Shown: positions 34,659 through 46,793, counted from the first letter of the stretch. The stretch: 64,000 nt of DNA from an uncultured Gemmatimonadales bacterium (GCA_963821525.1 CAWGED010000006.1:1-64000), one strand, 5' to 3'. Translations and numbers: made by a program. Notes: generated by a model not told the origin, from the sequence alone.

Positions 34659-34683
34659 GGCAGCACGCTCGCGCCTCGTGGTC

Positions 34684-35145
34684 CTATCGCGTGAGCAGCA
34701 GCGAATTGTGGTTCGCCACTAGCGCCAGCGCCCATCCTTCATGACCCAAACGCGTGTGAACCGATTGTCGCGTGGCACGGTCTTGCCCCTGTCCTGTCCG
34801 ACCATCGTGGAGCGGCCGGTTTCCACGGCAGTGTTGCCGTAGACTCGCACGAGAACGTCACTGGTCGTGATGGACTGGTACGTCAACGCGTGCGATGTGA
34901 AGTCGGCGACGACCTCCGACTGTTCCGCACGACTCCGGTGGGCCTGATACCGAGGAAGTCGTCAGCAGAGATCCGGCGAAGCGCGATGGTGTCGGCAGCA
35001 ATCGGAGCGTGAATCCGCGCCTCATCCTGTTGCCGGACAGTCGCTCGGCCTCGCGGTGGCCCGCTGGCCTGTCGCTCTGTGCCTCCGCGATGACGCCCGA
35101 TACGACCGAAAACAGAAGAGCTGCAACGATCGAGGCGCGCTTCAT
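34684..35145 (-). CDS. Secreted NTF2/DUF4440-like protein (frameshifted); putative gene cassette
   Basis: Signal peptide MKRASIVAALLFSVVSGVIAEAQ; DVLVRVYGNTAVETGR..RFTRVWV..GRW..LVANH. Confidence 0.7.
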
Positions 35146-35246
35146 GAGATGCTCCGTGCAGGCGTGATTGAACTTGCTGCCAGTCGAGTGGCTGCGGGCT
35201 ACCACGGGGCCCAACGGGCGGCCGCTGTGCAGCTCGCACTAGGACC

Positions 35247-35347
35247 ACCTAACTAGTACATGAGCTGCGGGTGGACTCAGCTTCCATGACCCGGACCTCG
35301 TCCTCCTTCTTCACGCCTCGCAGAATCAGATCAACCTAGGGTTGACG
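35247..35347 (-). other. attC-like site (right arm clear, left arm degenerate)
   Basis: Minus strand ..CACCCGCAGCTCATGTACTA GTTAGGT; possible R'' CGTCAAC ~100 bp upstream. Confidence 0.5.
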
Positions 35348-35543
35348 CACACTAAGCGCGCGAACGATGGTAGCCATCGTGTCAGCCCACGTGGTCGGAG
35401 GTTGTACGCCGCTGATCGTACGGTGTAGCCAGCGTCATCGCAACTGCTCATTTTCTCCCCGCCCCGACTGTCACACCCTCCACCCTATCCTGGATAGCTC
35501 TCGGCACCCCTCGCCGACGAGCCCAAACCGGAAAGGATCACCC

Positions 35544-36798
35544 GTGAAAGCCACCACCTCCGTCAGCACCACCTTCGCCGCCACCCACGACCGCCACCGG
35601 GTGGGCCTCCTCGTCTCCCTCACCGGCGATGTTTCGGTCAAGCGACCGCCGATCAACGTCGCCCTGGTGCTCGACCGCTCCGGCTCCATGGCCGGCGAGC
35701 CGCTGGCCCACGCCCGGGAGGCGGCGCTCCGCTTCGCCTCCTTCCTGTCGGCGGAAGACCGGCTCTCGGTGGTCGCGTTCGATGACGAGGTCCGGCTCCT
35801 CTTCGGTCCCGGCGCCGGCAACGATCCCTCGGCCCAGCACGCGATCCGCCAGATCTACGATGGCGGAAGCACCAACCTCTCCGGCGGCTGGCTCGAAGGT
35901 CACCGTCAGGTGGGTCAGGCGATCGTGCAGGGGACCAACCGGGTCCTGCTCCTGACCGATGGCCAGGCCAACCAAGGCATCACCGACCCAACTGCGCTTC
36001 GCGGCATGGCCGGCGGTGCGGCCAGCAACGGCGTCTCCACCTCCTGCATCGGGTTCGGGCCCGGGTTCAACGAGGACCTGCTGCGTGCCATGAGCGAGTC
36101 GGGCGGCGGGCACTTCTGGTACGTCGAGGCGCTGGACCAGATGACCGGCGCGTTCGAGGGCGAGATCGAAGGCCTGGTGAGCCTCGCGGCCCAGAACCTG
36201 GTGCTGGAGGTGACGCTCACCCACCCCGGTGTCGCCGGCGTGAGCCTGATCCCGGACGTCCCCGCGGAACGGACCGCCGAGGGCGCCTGGCGCATCAGGC
36301 TGGGAGACCTGTATGCGGTTCAACCCCGGTCGCTCGGCATCATCTTCCACGTCGAGAACGTGACTCAGCTGGGCGACGTGGAGCTGGGCCAGGTCCGGCT
36401 CCAGGCCGACCTCATCAAGCCCGAGGGCATCGAGCACCAGACCATCGTCCTGCCGGTGATGGCGACCTCGATGGGCAGGATCACGTGGTACCCGAAGTGG
36501 AGACCAGCTTCCTCCGCTTCGCCGCCGCGCAAGCGCGTGAGGAGGCGATCCGTCAGGCCGATCAGGGCCAGTTCGAGCAGGCCGCGAACACCCTCCGGGA
36601 AGCAGCCACCAGTTTCGGCTCCTGCGACGACATGCCCGAGCTATGCGAGACCCGCGAGACCTGGTCGCCGAGGCCGACCGCCTCGCCCAGCGGATCTATC
36701 GGTCCGAGGACCGCAAATACCACATGGCTCGCTCGGCGATGGTGCTGGACGGGCGGGTGGCGCAGGAAGAGAAGTTCAGCCGGCGGCGGAAACCGTAA
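35544..36798 (+). CDS. von Willebrand factor A domain protein (frameshifts in the C-terminal part)
   Basis: LVLDRSGSM MIDAS, GSTNLSGGW, LLTDGQAN; GAAAGGA RBS. Confidence 0.88.
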
Positions 36799-36805
36799 AC
36801 CGCAC

Positions 36806-37380
36806 CCTAACCCCCTGTCCCCCTTCCCTATTGGGAAGGGGCGGCCGCGCGTCCTTAGCTACTGCGTCCAGAGGAGGAATCCCGGCCGAAGGCCGCGGCC
36901 ACTTACCAAGGGCGCCGTCAGCTGCTGAGCGAAGCGAAGCGGCCAGAGGCTTGAGTGCGCTACAGAAGTGGGGTTTACTGTCAGCGGCCCAAGCTGATTG
37001 TGTACGAGACTGGGCTCCAGAAATCCGTGACTGACTCAGGGGCACCGGCCTACTCGGTTACTGGCTGCATGCCCCATGCGCGACAGAATCCTGAAGTCGT
37101 TGGTTAGGATTCGCATTGAGCCTCGGCTTCGCCGACCGAACGTAGCAATCCCAACCCTTCGACCCCTCGCTTCGTTCAGGGAGACGGCGGACAAGTGGAT
37201 GAGGGGCGGTTGAGGCAGATCCCCTGGGACGCGTGCCCCCTTCCCAATCGGGAAGGGGGACAGGGGGTTAGGTAGGAAGCGGAGACGGGACAGCGGGTGA
37301 GATTGCTTCGGCCCCCTCGCTCCGCTCGGGGTGCCTCGCAATGACAGAAGTCGCGGGCGACCGCCGGTCCGCCGGTCCGC
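36806..37380. repeat. Nested inverted repeat cluster around ~200 bp of unique cargo
   Basis: CTAACCCCCTGTCCCCCTTCCCTATTGGGAAGGGG at ~36808 and its inverse at ~37236-37272; inner CCGGCCGAAGGCCGC unit. Confidence 0.8.
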
Positions 37381-37430
37381 AGAGGGGACTGCTATTGTTG
37401 TAGGGGACCTAGTTCACGCTACGGACGCCA

Positions 37431-38393
37431 ATGGGTAAAGCGGAGTACTCGGAGCTCCGGACCATGATGAAACTCGACTCCATATTCGTGCCGCTTGATG
37501 GTTCTGCCTTTGCCGAGCAGGCCGTCGCCTGGGCGGCGGAGCTTTGCCGGGCGGCGCAGGCCAAACTCCGTCTGGCGCTGGTCCATCAACTGCCACCTCC
37601 TCCAGGGACGGCGGACGCGAAGAAACTCTACACCAAGGTGGAAATCCTGCTCCGCCGGGTGCAACGCGACTACCTAAACAAGGTCGCAAAGCGGCTCCAG
37701 GATGGCGGCCTTTCGAAGGTGGGCAGAGTGGTCCTGACCGGGGAGCCAGGTCCTGCACTGGTCGAAGACGCCGTTCAGTGGGGCGCGTCGCTGGTAGTGA
37801 TGAGTACTCACGGACGAGGGCCGCTGGCGCGCACCTGGCTCGGGAGCGTGGCGGATCATGTGGTGCGCCATTTGCCAATACCTGTCCTCCTCATCCGCCC
37901 GGGTGACGAGCACTCGAAGCCGGGGCCGGTCGACTTCGCGGGGGAGATTCTGGTTCCGCTCGACGGTTCGGTGCCGGGCGAGGCAGCACTGGAGCCGGCC
38001 ATGGCTATCGCTCGGCTCTTCGACATGCAACTCAGCCTGCTCCAGGTGGTTGAGCCCATCTCCACCTCACTCACTGGAAATCTGGCCGTGCCGTCGGTCG
38101 AAGACGCCCGGCTGACCGAGCTTTTTCGCAAGGAAGCGGAGGACTACCTGAAGGATGTCGCGAAGCGGGTAGAGAAGGAGGGTCTGCGAGCGGCGTCGAC
38201 CGTGGTGCTGGGTCCGTTCCCGGCTACGTCGATCATCGTCGCCGGGGAGCGTGACTCGGTGAAACTCGTGGCCATGTCGACTCACGGGCGGAGTGGCGTC
38301 CGCCGCTTTGTGATGGGCGGAGTGACCGACAAGGTGGTCCGGAGTCTCAACCGACCGGTCCTGGTCTGCCGCCGAAAACCCAGTCGTCGCTGA
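37431..38393 (+). CDS. Tandem-domain universal stress protein
   Basis: Two I(F/L)VPLDGS..MSTHGR..G(S/G)V(A/T)D.VVR domains. Confidence 0.92.
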   Translation: MGKAEYSELRTMMKLDSIFVPLDGSAFAEQAVAWAAELCRAAQAKLRLALVHQLPPPPGTADAKKLYTKVEILLRRVQRDYLNKVAKRLQDGGLSKVGRVVLTGEPGPALVEDAVQWGASLVVMSTHGRGPLARTWLGSVADHVVRHLPIPVLLIRPGDEHSKPGPVDFAGEILVPLDGSVPGEAALEPAMAIARLFDMQLSLLQVVEPISTSLTGNLAVPSVEDARLTELFRKEAEDYLKDVAKRVEKEGLRAASTVVLGPFPATSIIVAGERDSVKLVAMSTHGRSGVRRFVMGGVTDKVVRSLNRPVLVCRRKPSRR

Positions 38394-38442
38394 TCGGAGA
38401 GGAGGACGCACCGAGATTCCTCGGTCGCTGCGTTCCCCCGAC

Positions 38443-38703
38443 CTACTTCACGGCAGACTTCTGCGCCTCCTCATAGAGCGTTTCCGGAGCGACATCGGCA
38501 CCGTTGGGCCATTCGATGACCCCACACTCAGGGTTGACGTACACTTGGGCAAACAGCTTCGGGTCACGGAGCGGGGCGTAAAGGCCAGTGTCGCGCTCGT
38601 ACAGCCACGTTGTGCAGTCGACCACCCCGCTCATACCGTCATCGAACGTCACCGCTAACCGGTATCCCGGTAGGGCCTGCACGGAAGTCGCGAGTGGATC
38701 CAT
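38443..38703 (-). CDS. DUF2442-family protein (antitoxin-like)
   Basis: YRLAVTFDDG..PLRDPKLFAQV..IEWPNGADVAPETLY. Confidence 0.85.
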   Translation of the reverse strand: MDPLATSVQALPGYRLAVTFDDGMSGVVDCTTWLYERDTGLYAPLRDPKLFAQVYVNPECGVIEWPNGADVAPETLYEEAQKSAVK

Positions 38704-38774
38704 TGCTCACTCCAGTGGAGCGATTTGTAAGGGAGCCTAACTTGGGCTCCTCGGCGCTGAGCGTGGAAGAGGGC

Positions 38775-39028
38775 GGGGAACAGGGAACGGGGAACTATGA
38801 TTCCGAGCGAAGCGAGGAATCCAAATGTTTAGGTCTTCCTGGGCTCTTACGCATCCGGATTCCTCGGTTGCTGCGCTCCCTCGGAATGACAACTCTGTCG
38901 GACACGGTCCCCCCTTCCCAATAGGGAAGGGGGACAGGGGGTTAGGTAGGAAGCGGGCCTCGCAATGACAGCTCTCTCGGTCGCGGTTCCCCCTTCCCAA
39001 TAGGGGAAGGGGACAGGGGGTTAGGTAG
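38775..39028. repeat. Repeat cluster (GGGAAC heptamers, ATTCCGAG..CTCGGAATGAC inverted pair, two CCCCTTCCCAATAGGG units)
   Basis: Units shared with the other intergenic clusters. Confidence 0.82.
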
Positions 39029-39186
39029 GCTCGCTGACTAGGGGTTACCTAGCTAAACAGACTGCGAAGGTGCTGCTTGCATTAATCAGATTTAACCACA
39101 GGTTAAGCGTACCTTCATCACAACCGCCTACCTTCGGTCACGTCTGCAGCTCCGTCCCCCAATTGGTATCTCTGGTGAGGCTCCCC

Positions 39187-41981
39187 ATGACCGCCGAACA
39201 TGAAAGACTCGCCGAGGCCCGTGAGAAGGCCGTGGCCTGGAAGAAGTGGGGCCCGTACCTGAGCGAGCGGCAGTGGGGCACGGTGCGCGAGGACTACAGC
39301 CCGGGCGGTGACGCCTGGAACTTCTTCACCCACGATCATGCCCGCTCGCGGGCCTACCGCTGGGGCGAGGACGGCATCGCCGGGATCTCCGACGACAAGC
39401 AGAAGCTCTGCTTCAGCCTGGCCCTCTGGAACGGGAAGGACCCCATCCTCAAGGAGCGGCTGTTCGGCCTGACCAACAGCGAGGGGAACCATGGCGAGGA
39501 CGTGAAGGAGTACTACTTCTACCTCGACAGCACGCCGACCCATTCGTACATGAAGTACCTCTACAAGTACCCGCAGGCGGCCTTTCCCTACGAAGACCTC
39601 ATCACGACCAATCGCAATCGGACCCGGGAGGAGATGGAGTACGAGCTGCTCGACACCGGGGTCTTCAACGAGGACCGCTATTTCGACGTGTTCGTGGAGT
39701 ACGCCAAGGACGGTCCGGAAGACATCCTGGTGAAGATCACGGCGCCCAACCGGGGGCCGGAGCCGCCGAGCTGCACCTCCTGCCGACGCTCTGGTTCCGG
39801 AACGACTGGGCGGCGTGGATCTCCGAGTCCAACCGGTCTCCCGAGAAGCCGAACCTCCGGCAGGTCCCGGCCCGGCGGGCACCAGCGCGGTCGCGGCGAC
39901 GCATCCGCTGCTGGGCGAGTGCATCCTGTACCTGCGAAGGCGAGGTGCCGCTGCTCTTCACTGAAAACGAGACCAACAACGAGCGGCTCTTCCCCGGCCA
40001 GATGAATGCCAGCCCATACGTCAAGGACGGCATCAACGACTCGTGGTCCAGGGCAGGAAGGCCGCCGTCAATCCCAGCGGGCAGGGCACCAAGGTCTCGG
40101 CGCACTACCGGACGACGGTCCCCGCCGGGAAGTCGGCGACCGTTCGGCTGCGGCTGACCGGCAGGCCCCGGCCGGACAGCGCAGGCCGAGCGCCGTTCGG
40201 CCCGGAGTTCGACAAGATCCTGGCCGCACGGCTCCAGGAGGCGGACGAGTTCTATCGCGCGGTCACCCCGCCCTCCGTCTCGCGCCGACGAGGCCAGGGT
40301 GATGCGGCAGGCGCTCGCGGGGATGCTGTGGAGCAAGCAGTTCTTCTTCTTCGACGGCGACAACTGGCTGCAGGAGCACCACTCCCACCCGCTCCATTCC
40401 GGCTACCGCAACTGCGCGGAACTCGGAGTGGTTCCACATGCTGAACGAGGACATCATCTCGATGCCCGACAAGTGGGAGTACCCCTGGTACGCCGCCTGG
40501 GACCTGGCCTTCCACTGCCTCCCGCTCTCGATCGTGGATCCCGACTTCGCCAAGCAGCAACTGGAGCTGATGCTGGCGCGGTCTACCTGCACCCCAGCGG
40601 CCAGATGCCGGCGTACGAGTGGAACTTCAGCGACGTGAACCCGCCGGTCCATGCCTGGGCGACGCTGTTCCTGCACTTCACCGAGAAGGCCCAGCGCGGC
40701 GAGAGGGACGTCGAGTTCCTCAAGACGGCGTTCAACAAGCTGGTGCTGAACTACACCTGGTGGGTGAACCGCAAGGACCGCTTCGGCAAGAACCTCTTCG
40801 AGGGCGGATTCCTCGGGCTGGACAACATCGGCGTCTTCGACCGCAGCGCCCCGCTGCCCACCGGCGGCCATCTCGAGCAGGCGGACGGCACGGCGTGGAT
40901 GGCCCTGTTCACCCAGAACATGCTGGATCTCGCGTTCGAGATCACCCTGCACGACCGCGCCTTCGAGGACATGATCGTGAAGTTCGCGGAGCACTTCCTA
41001 CTACATCGCCGCGGCCATGAACCGCCCCGGTGACGACGGCATGTGGGACGAGGAGGACGGGTTCTACTACGACGTGCTGCGGCTCCCCGACGGCAGCGCC
41101 ACCGGCTCAAGGTGCGCTCGATGGTCGGGCTCCTGCCCCTCTGTGCCACCACGGTCATCGAGGCGAGTGCCCGGGAGAAGGTCCCGAGCGCGATGGCTCA
41201 GATCGCCCAGCGACTGTCCCGGATGCCCGAGCTGAAGAACACCATTCACCCCACCGGCCCCGGGCATTTCGGCGTGGCGGACCGGGGAATCATGGCGCTG
41301 CTCACGCCGGAGCGGCTCCGCCGCATCCTCACCAAGATGCTGGACGAGAACGAGTTCCTGGGCCCCTACGGCATCCGCTCGCTGTCCAAGTTCCACGAGG
41401 CGCACCCGTACGTCCTCCACGTGCAGGGCCAGGAACACCGGGTGGACTACCTGCCGGCCGAGTCGAACACCGGCATGTTCGGTGGCAACTCCAACTGGCG
41501 GGGCCCGGTCTGGATGCCGGTGAACGCCCTCATCATCCGGGCGCTGCTGAACTTCTACCTGTACTACGGCGACAACTTCAAGATCGAATGCCCCACGGGG
41601 TCGGGGAAGCTGATGAACCTCTTCGAGGTGAGCCAAGGAGATCTCCGACCGGCTCACCCGGATATTCACCCGCGATGAACAGGGCCTGCGGCCGGTCTAC
41701 GGCGGCACCGAGAAGTTCCAGTCCGATCCCAACTGGCGCGACTACATCCTGTTCTACGAGTACTTCCACGGCGACAACGGCGCCGGCCTCGGCGCCAGTC
41801 ATCAGACCGGCTGGACCGGGCTGGTGGCCAAGCTGATCCAGCTCTACGGGAGCCCTGGATGCCGAGCAGATGCTGAGGAGCGGGCAGGCACGCCGCATTC
41901 GTCAAGGCCGGTCCCACCGGAGCCGTGAAAACGGAGGGAGCGCCACGAGCCAAGAAGCGGCCCGCGCGGCCCGTTGCCTGA
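39187..41981 (+). CDS. MGH1-like/GH63-related glycoside hydrolase (many frameshifts)
   Basis: [82 protein letters not shown]. Confidence 0.9.
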
Positions 41982-42007
41982 GGACAGACACGACACCGCG
42001 ACGCCAC

Positions 42008-42330
42008 CAACCCCCTGTCCCCCTTCCCTATTGGGAAGGGGGAACCGTGACCGACAGCTCCTCGTGGCTTCATCACCAGCGGGAAAGCGAACCCTCGGAC
42101 GCCGTCCCCTTCCCAATAGGGAAGGGGACAGGGGGTTAGGTGAAAGAGGTGAATGGCGAACGGTGAACGGTGAACGGGACCTGTAGAGCGTTGCAGGGAC
42201 CGGGTATTCGGCCCCCTCGCTCTGCTAGGGGGCCTCGCAATGACAGTCTGTCGGACGCGTCCCCCCTCTCCGTTTCACGGAGAGGGGGACAGGGGGTGAG
42301 GCGAAGCGGGAAGGGGGGCGGGGGTTAGGT
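42008..42330. repeat. Repeat cluster with an inverted CCCCTTCCCTATTGGGAAGGGG pair
   Basis: Copies at ~42010-42043 and ~42106-42140; CCCCCTCTCCGTTTCACGGAGAGGGG at ~42262. Confidence 0.82.
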
Positions 42331-42399
42331 CCAAAGCGAGACGGAAGACGGGGAAGTAGGCTTCGAAGCCTAGCATCTTCCCCTCTCCGGTGACCGCCC

Positions 42400-45121
42400 G
42401 TGGCCCCACGCCGACGCGCGCTGATTCTGCTGCTTGCCGCTATTGCAGTGCTCTTCGCCTTCTTCCCGGCTTTCACTGCTCTTCTCACCGACTGGTGGTG
42501 GTTTCGAGAGATCGGGTACCAGATCGTCTTTACCCGAGAGCTGACCACCCGAGTGCTGCTCTTCCTGGCGGTGGGCGGCATCACCGCCGGTGTGCTCTAC
42601 CTGAATCTGCGGATCGCGCAGCGTGGGGTCGTCCCCTACCCGATCGTGCTGCGGTTGGGGGAATCGGCGCCACGGGTGGATGTCACGAGGGCGCTGCCCC
42701 GTCTGAGTCTGCCGGTCTCGCTGATTCTGGGCGTGCTGGCCGGCTTGGTTGCCACCGGGGCATGGGACTTGGTTCTCCGAGTGATCTACCGGACGCCGTT
42801 TGGGATCACCGACCCGGTCTTCTCGCGCGACATCGCATTCTACGTATTCACGCTGCCCGGCCTGGCGGCGGCGCTCGGGTTCCTGTCCACCCTCACCACC
42901 ATCTGTCTCCTGCTGCTGGTGCCACTCTACTGGTTGCGCCGCGATCTCGTCCCGGGCCCCGGCCTGCTTCGGGTCGAACCGTCGGCGGGCCTGCACCTCG
43001 CCGTCTTGCTGGCGGTGCTGTTCCTCCTCACCAGCCTCAGGCTATGGCTGGTGGACATCCCGAGTCTCCTCTATTCGAATACCGGTCCACTGATCGGTGC
43101 CAGCTACACCGATCTGCACGCCCGGCTCCCGGCTCTGCGACTCACGGCAGTTCTGGCACTCCTGGCCGGCGCCGCCATCCTGATTGGTGGGGTGCGGGGG
43201 CAGCTGCTCCGCTACGGACTCTTGGGCGTGGGGGGCTACCTGGCGGTGGCCTTCATCGGACGGGGACTCTTTCCATCGGCGATGCAGAAGCTGGTGGTGG
43301 CACCGACCGAGCTGACCCGCGAGACGCCCTACCTGCGGTATCACATCGCCGCCACCCGCCAGGCCTGGGGGCTCGACAGTGTGGAGACCCGCGAGCTGAG
43401 CGGCGAGGCCGACCTCACGCTGGCCGATCTGCGCACCAATGCGCCGACCATTGAGAACGTGCGGCTGTGGGACCGGGAGCCGCTGCTGCAGACCTTCGGG
43501 CAGCTCCAGGAGATCCGCACTTACTACGATTTCGTCTCGGTGGACGACGACCGGTACTGGATCGACGGGAAATACCGCCAGGTCTTGCTATCGCCGCGGG
43601 AGCTCAACGTCGGGTCGCTTCCGACCCGGACCTTCATCAATGAGCACCTGACGTTCACCCACGGAATGGGGCTCACCCTCGGACCGGTCAACCAGGTGAC
43701 GGCTGGCGGCCTCCCCGTGTTGTTCGTCAAGGACCTGCCGCCGGTCTCGACGGGGTCGCTGACCATTACCCGTCCCCAGATCTATTACGGCGAGCTCGCC
43801 AACGAGTTCGTGTTCGTGGCGACCCGGCAACGCGAATTCGACCATCCCTCGGGCGAGGAGAATGTTTACGCCGCGTACGACGGCACCGGTGGGGTCCGGG
43901 TTGGCAACCTCTTACGGCGCCTCTTGCTCGCCGTCCGCTTCGGCTCCTCGAAGATTCTGCTGTCCCAGGACATCACCAACGACAGCCGGGTGCTCTATTA
44001 CCGCGACATCATGGATCGGGCGAAGCGGGCGCTGCCCTTCCTTCGGTTTGATCACGACCCCTATCTCGTGATCAGGGCCGACGGGAAGCTGCAATGGATT
44101 CTCGATGCCTACACCGGGTCAGACGGCTACCCGTACGCTCAGCGGCTCGGCGACGGCACCACCTACCTCCGGAACAGCGTCAAGCTTGTCATCGACGCGT
44201 ACAACGGGTCGCTCGCTGCCTATGTGAGTGCCCCGTCTGATCCGCTGATCCGCACCTGGTCCCGGATCTTCCCTGGAATCTTCGCTCCGTTGGACAGCAT
44301 GCCGGCCGACCTGCGGGCCCACATCCGCTACCCCGACGACCTCTACCGGATCCAGACCAGCCTCTATACCACCTACCATATGGATGCGCCGGAGGACTTC
44401 TATCACCGGGAGGACCAGTGGCAGATCCCGGTCGTGCCGGAGGCCGACGCAGTCGGTGCCGTTCATGCGACACATCATCATGCGGCTTCCGGAAGAGGAG
44501 AAAGCCGAGTTCATCTACATGGTGCCCTTCACGCCGAGGGGCAAGGACAACCTGGCCGCCTGGATGGTGGCGCGGAATGACGGTGATGAATACGGCAGGC
44601 TTCGGGTGTACCGGCTCTCGCGGCAGAGCCTGGCCTACGGCCCGCAACAAGTTGAGAACCTGATCAACCAGAACACCCAGATATCCCAGCAGGTCTCTCT
44701 GTGGGATCAGCGCGGCTCCCAGGTAATCTGGGGCGACCTTCTGGTGATCCCGATCGAGAAGTCGCTGCTTTACGTCCAGCCGCTCTACCTGCAGGCGGCA
44801 GGCGGCCGGATTCCTGAGCTGAAGCGGGTGGTCGTGGCCTATAAGAATCAGGTGGTGATGCAGGAGACCCTGGATGGGGCCCTGACCGAGCTCTTCGGCG
44901 GCTCGACGAGCGCGGCTCGGAGTCAGCCTACCTCGTCCGACACTACCCGAGCGACCGGCGAGTCGGAGCTCCGCGCCATCCTCGCCGAGGCATGGCGCCG
45001 ATATCAGGCTGCGGTCGCGGCGCAACGGGCAGGCGACTGGGCGCGCTACGGCGAGGAAATCCGGCGGGTGGGCGAGTTGCTGGAACGGCTCGGCGGTGCA
45101 GAACAGGGAGGGCCGCGGTAG
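42400..45121 (+). CDS. UPF0182 family membrane protein (frameshift ~44450)
   Basis: TDWWWF, DPVFSRDIAFY, NVRLWD, QLQEIRTYYDF, HLTFTHG, DPYLV, GDLLVIP..LLYVQPLY..PELKRV. Confidence 0.93.
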
Positions 45122-45125
45122 ACGC

Positions 45126-45411
45126 AGGGAGACGGGAGACGGGAGACGGGACGACCGTGGTCGAACGGTTGATCCGGCGACGAAACGTAGGGGCGACCTC
45201 GTGGTCGCCCGGCGGCGGAAACCGTAAACAACGGGAACAGGGAACAGGGAACAGGGTTGAGCGTGGGGAGTGAAGGCGGCACCTCATCCCGAGCGCAGCG
45301 AGGGATCTAGTCTCCGAACCGAGACACCAAGACACGGATTCGTGGCTTCCCCCTCGCTTCGTTTGGGGCCTCGCAATGACAGCGGTTGACCATCGACCAT
45401 CGACCATCGCC
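45126..45411. repeat. Repeat cluster including a GTAG-type REP
   Basis: GTAGGGGCGACCTCGTGGTCGCCC at ~45187-45210; GGGAGAC, GGGAACA and ACCATCG heptamers; CCTCATCCCGAG unit. Confidence 0.8.
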
Positions 45412-45415
45412 GACC

Positions 45416-45970
45416 TCACCCCACCACCGCATCGAAATACCCCTCCAACTCCAGCACCCACGCCGGGTGCCGATCGTCCGGCTGCCATTCCAGTCGCTCC
45501 GCCAGAATCTCCGGTCGCTCATCTCCGGGACGCCAGCGCTCCACCACCCTGGCGTCGATGTCGATAATCCAGTACTCGACGCCTTCGCGCTGGTAGACTC
45601 GGCGCTTGGTGAGACGATCGTACCGTGCGGTGCTGGGGGACAGGATCTCTACTGCGAGAAGGAGACGCTGGATCTCGGACCAGTTCCGGATCCTCCGGCC
45701 CTCGTTGAACGGCACCACGAACAGGTCGGGCTGCACTAAGGTGCGCGGGTCGAATTCCACGTCGGACGGTGAGAAGAACACTTCTCCGATGCCCGTCGCA
45801 CGGACGTACTCCGTGAGGCGGAAATGGAGTTCTCCGAGGGCGCGCTGATGGGGCGTGCGCGGGGAGGGCGTCACCAGCAGCTCCCCGTCCACCACCTCGT
45901 AGCGCTTCCCGTCGTCTGGCAGCGCTCGCACCCGCTCCGCGGTCCAGTCCGTTGCAGCAGGCATGGACAT
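45416..45970 (-). CDS. Uma2-family (PD-(D/E)XK) endonuclease
   Basis: RYEVVDGEL..P..HQ..VQPDLFVV..AVEILSPST..D..KRRVY..GVEYWIID. Confidence 0.92.
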   Translation of the reverse strand: MSMPAATDWTAERVRALPDDGKRYEVVDGELLVTPSPRTPHQRALGELHFRLTEYVRATGIGEVFFSPSDVEFDPRTLVQPDLFVVPFNEGRRIRNWSEIQRLLLAVEILSPSTARYDRLTKRRVYQREGVEYWIIDIDARVVERWRPGDERPEILAERLEWQPDDRHPAWVLELEGYFDAVVG

Positions 45971-46162
45971 AACTTGGGCTCCTCGGCGCCGAGTGGGCAA
46001 GATCGCATGGCCGAGGATAGGGACCGGTGGCCGTGCGATCAGACATACATGTCTTCTGGCGGACGAGGCGGGGAAAACGCGGGAACAGAGGCTCCGCCGT
46101 TCCCCCTTCCCAATAGGGAAGGGGGACAGGGGGTTAGGAGGAAGGGGACAGGGGGTGAGGCC

Positions 46163-46588
46163 TTACCTCACCACCTGCACATACACCGGGTGGCCCTCGG
46201 CCGCTGACTTCGCCACTGCGTCGGTGATTGCCGCCTGCCAGGTCGCGACCGATGCTGAATCAGGAACCAGCAAGGACGTCGCTCCTTCCGCTCCTACGGC
46301 TCCTTCCGCGCAGGTCACCCGAATCTCCATCGGGGTATAGATCCCCAAGGTCAGGAACCCGACCAGCTCGTTCGCGAAGCTGTGTTGGGTCTCGACTCGG
46401 GACACACCCGTGGTGCACTTCGCAGCCGTCTCGACGGTCTTGGGAGGGACCAAGCCGTAAATCCAGCCGGAGGCCCATGTGTTTACGACCGTGACGTTGG
46501 AGGGCTTGGCACCGGTCTCGATGGTTGCGTGGTAACAGCCGGCAACTACGAGAGCGACTGCCAGGAAGACGTAGGATCGCGAGCGCAT
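46163..46588 (-). CDS. Bor/Iss-like lipoprotein
   Basis: Lipobox VVAGC; WIYGLV, C..GVSRVETQHSF..LTLGIYTP..VTC. Confidence 0.8.
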   Translation of the reverse strand: MRSRSYVFLAVALVVAGCYHATIETGAKPSNVTVVNTWASGWIYGLVPPKTVETAAKCTTGVSRVETQHSFANELVGFLTLGIYTPMEIRVTCAEGAVGAEGATSLLVPDSASVATWQAAITDAVAKSAAEGHPVYVQVVR

Positions 46589-46793
46589 ATCGATTCCTTT
46601 CGATAAGGGGTGGGTCATTGGCAGCGTGGAGGGCCGTGGTATGCTAAGGCTCATACCGAGGGATCAAGACCGCGTCAAGTATGGCGAGGGTGAGGTGGTG
46701 GGCGCCGGGGACAAGCGTCGACGAAGCGCAGGGTGCGCCACGAGGGTGACGTCCGCCTCTCCGATGACAGGGAGAGGGGGACAGGGGGTGAGG

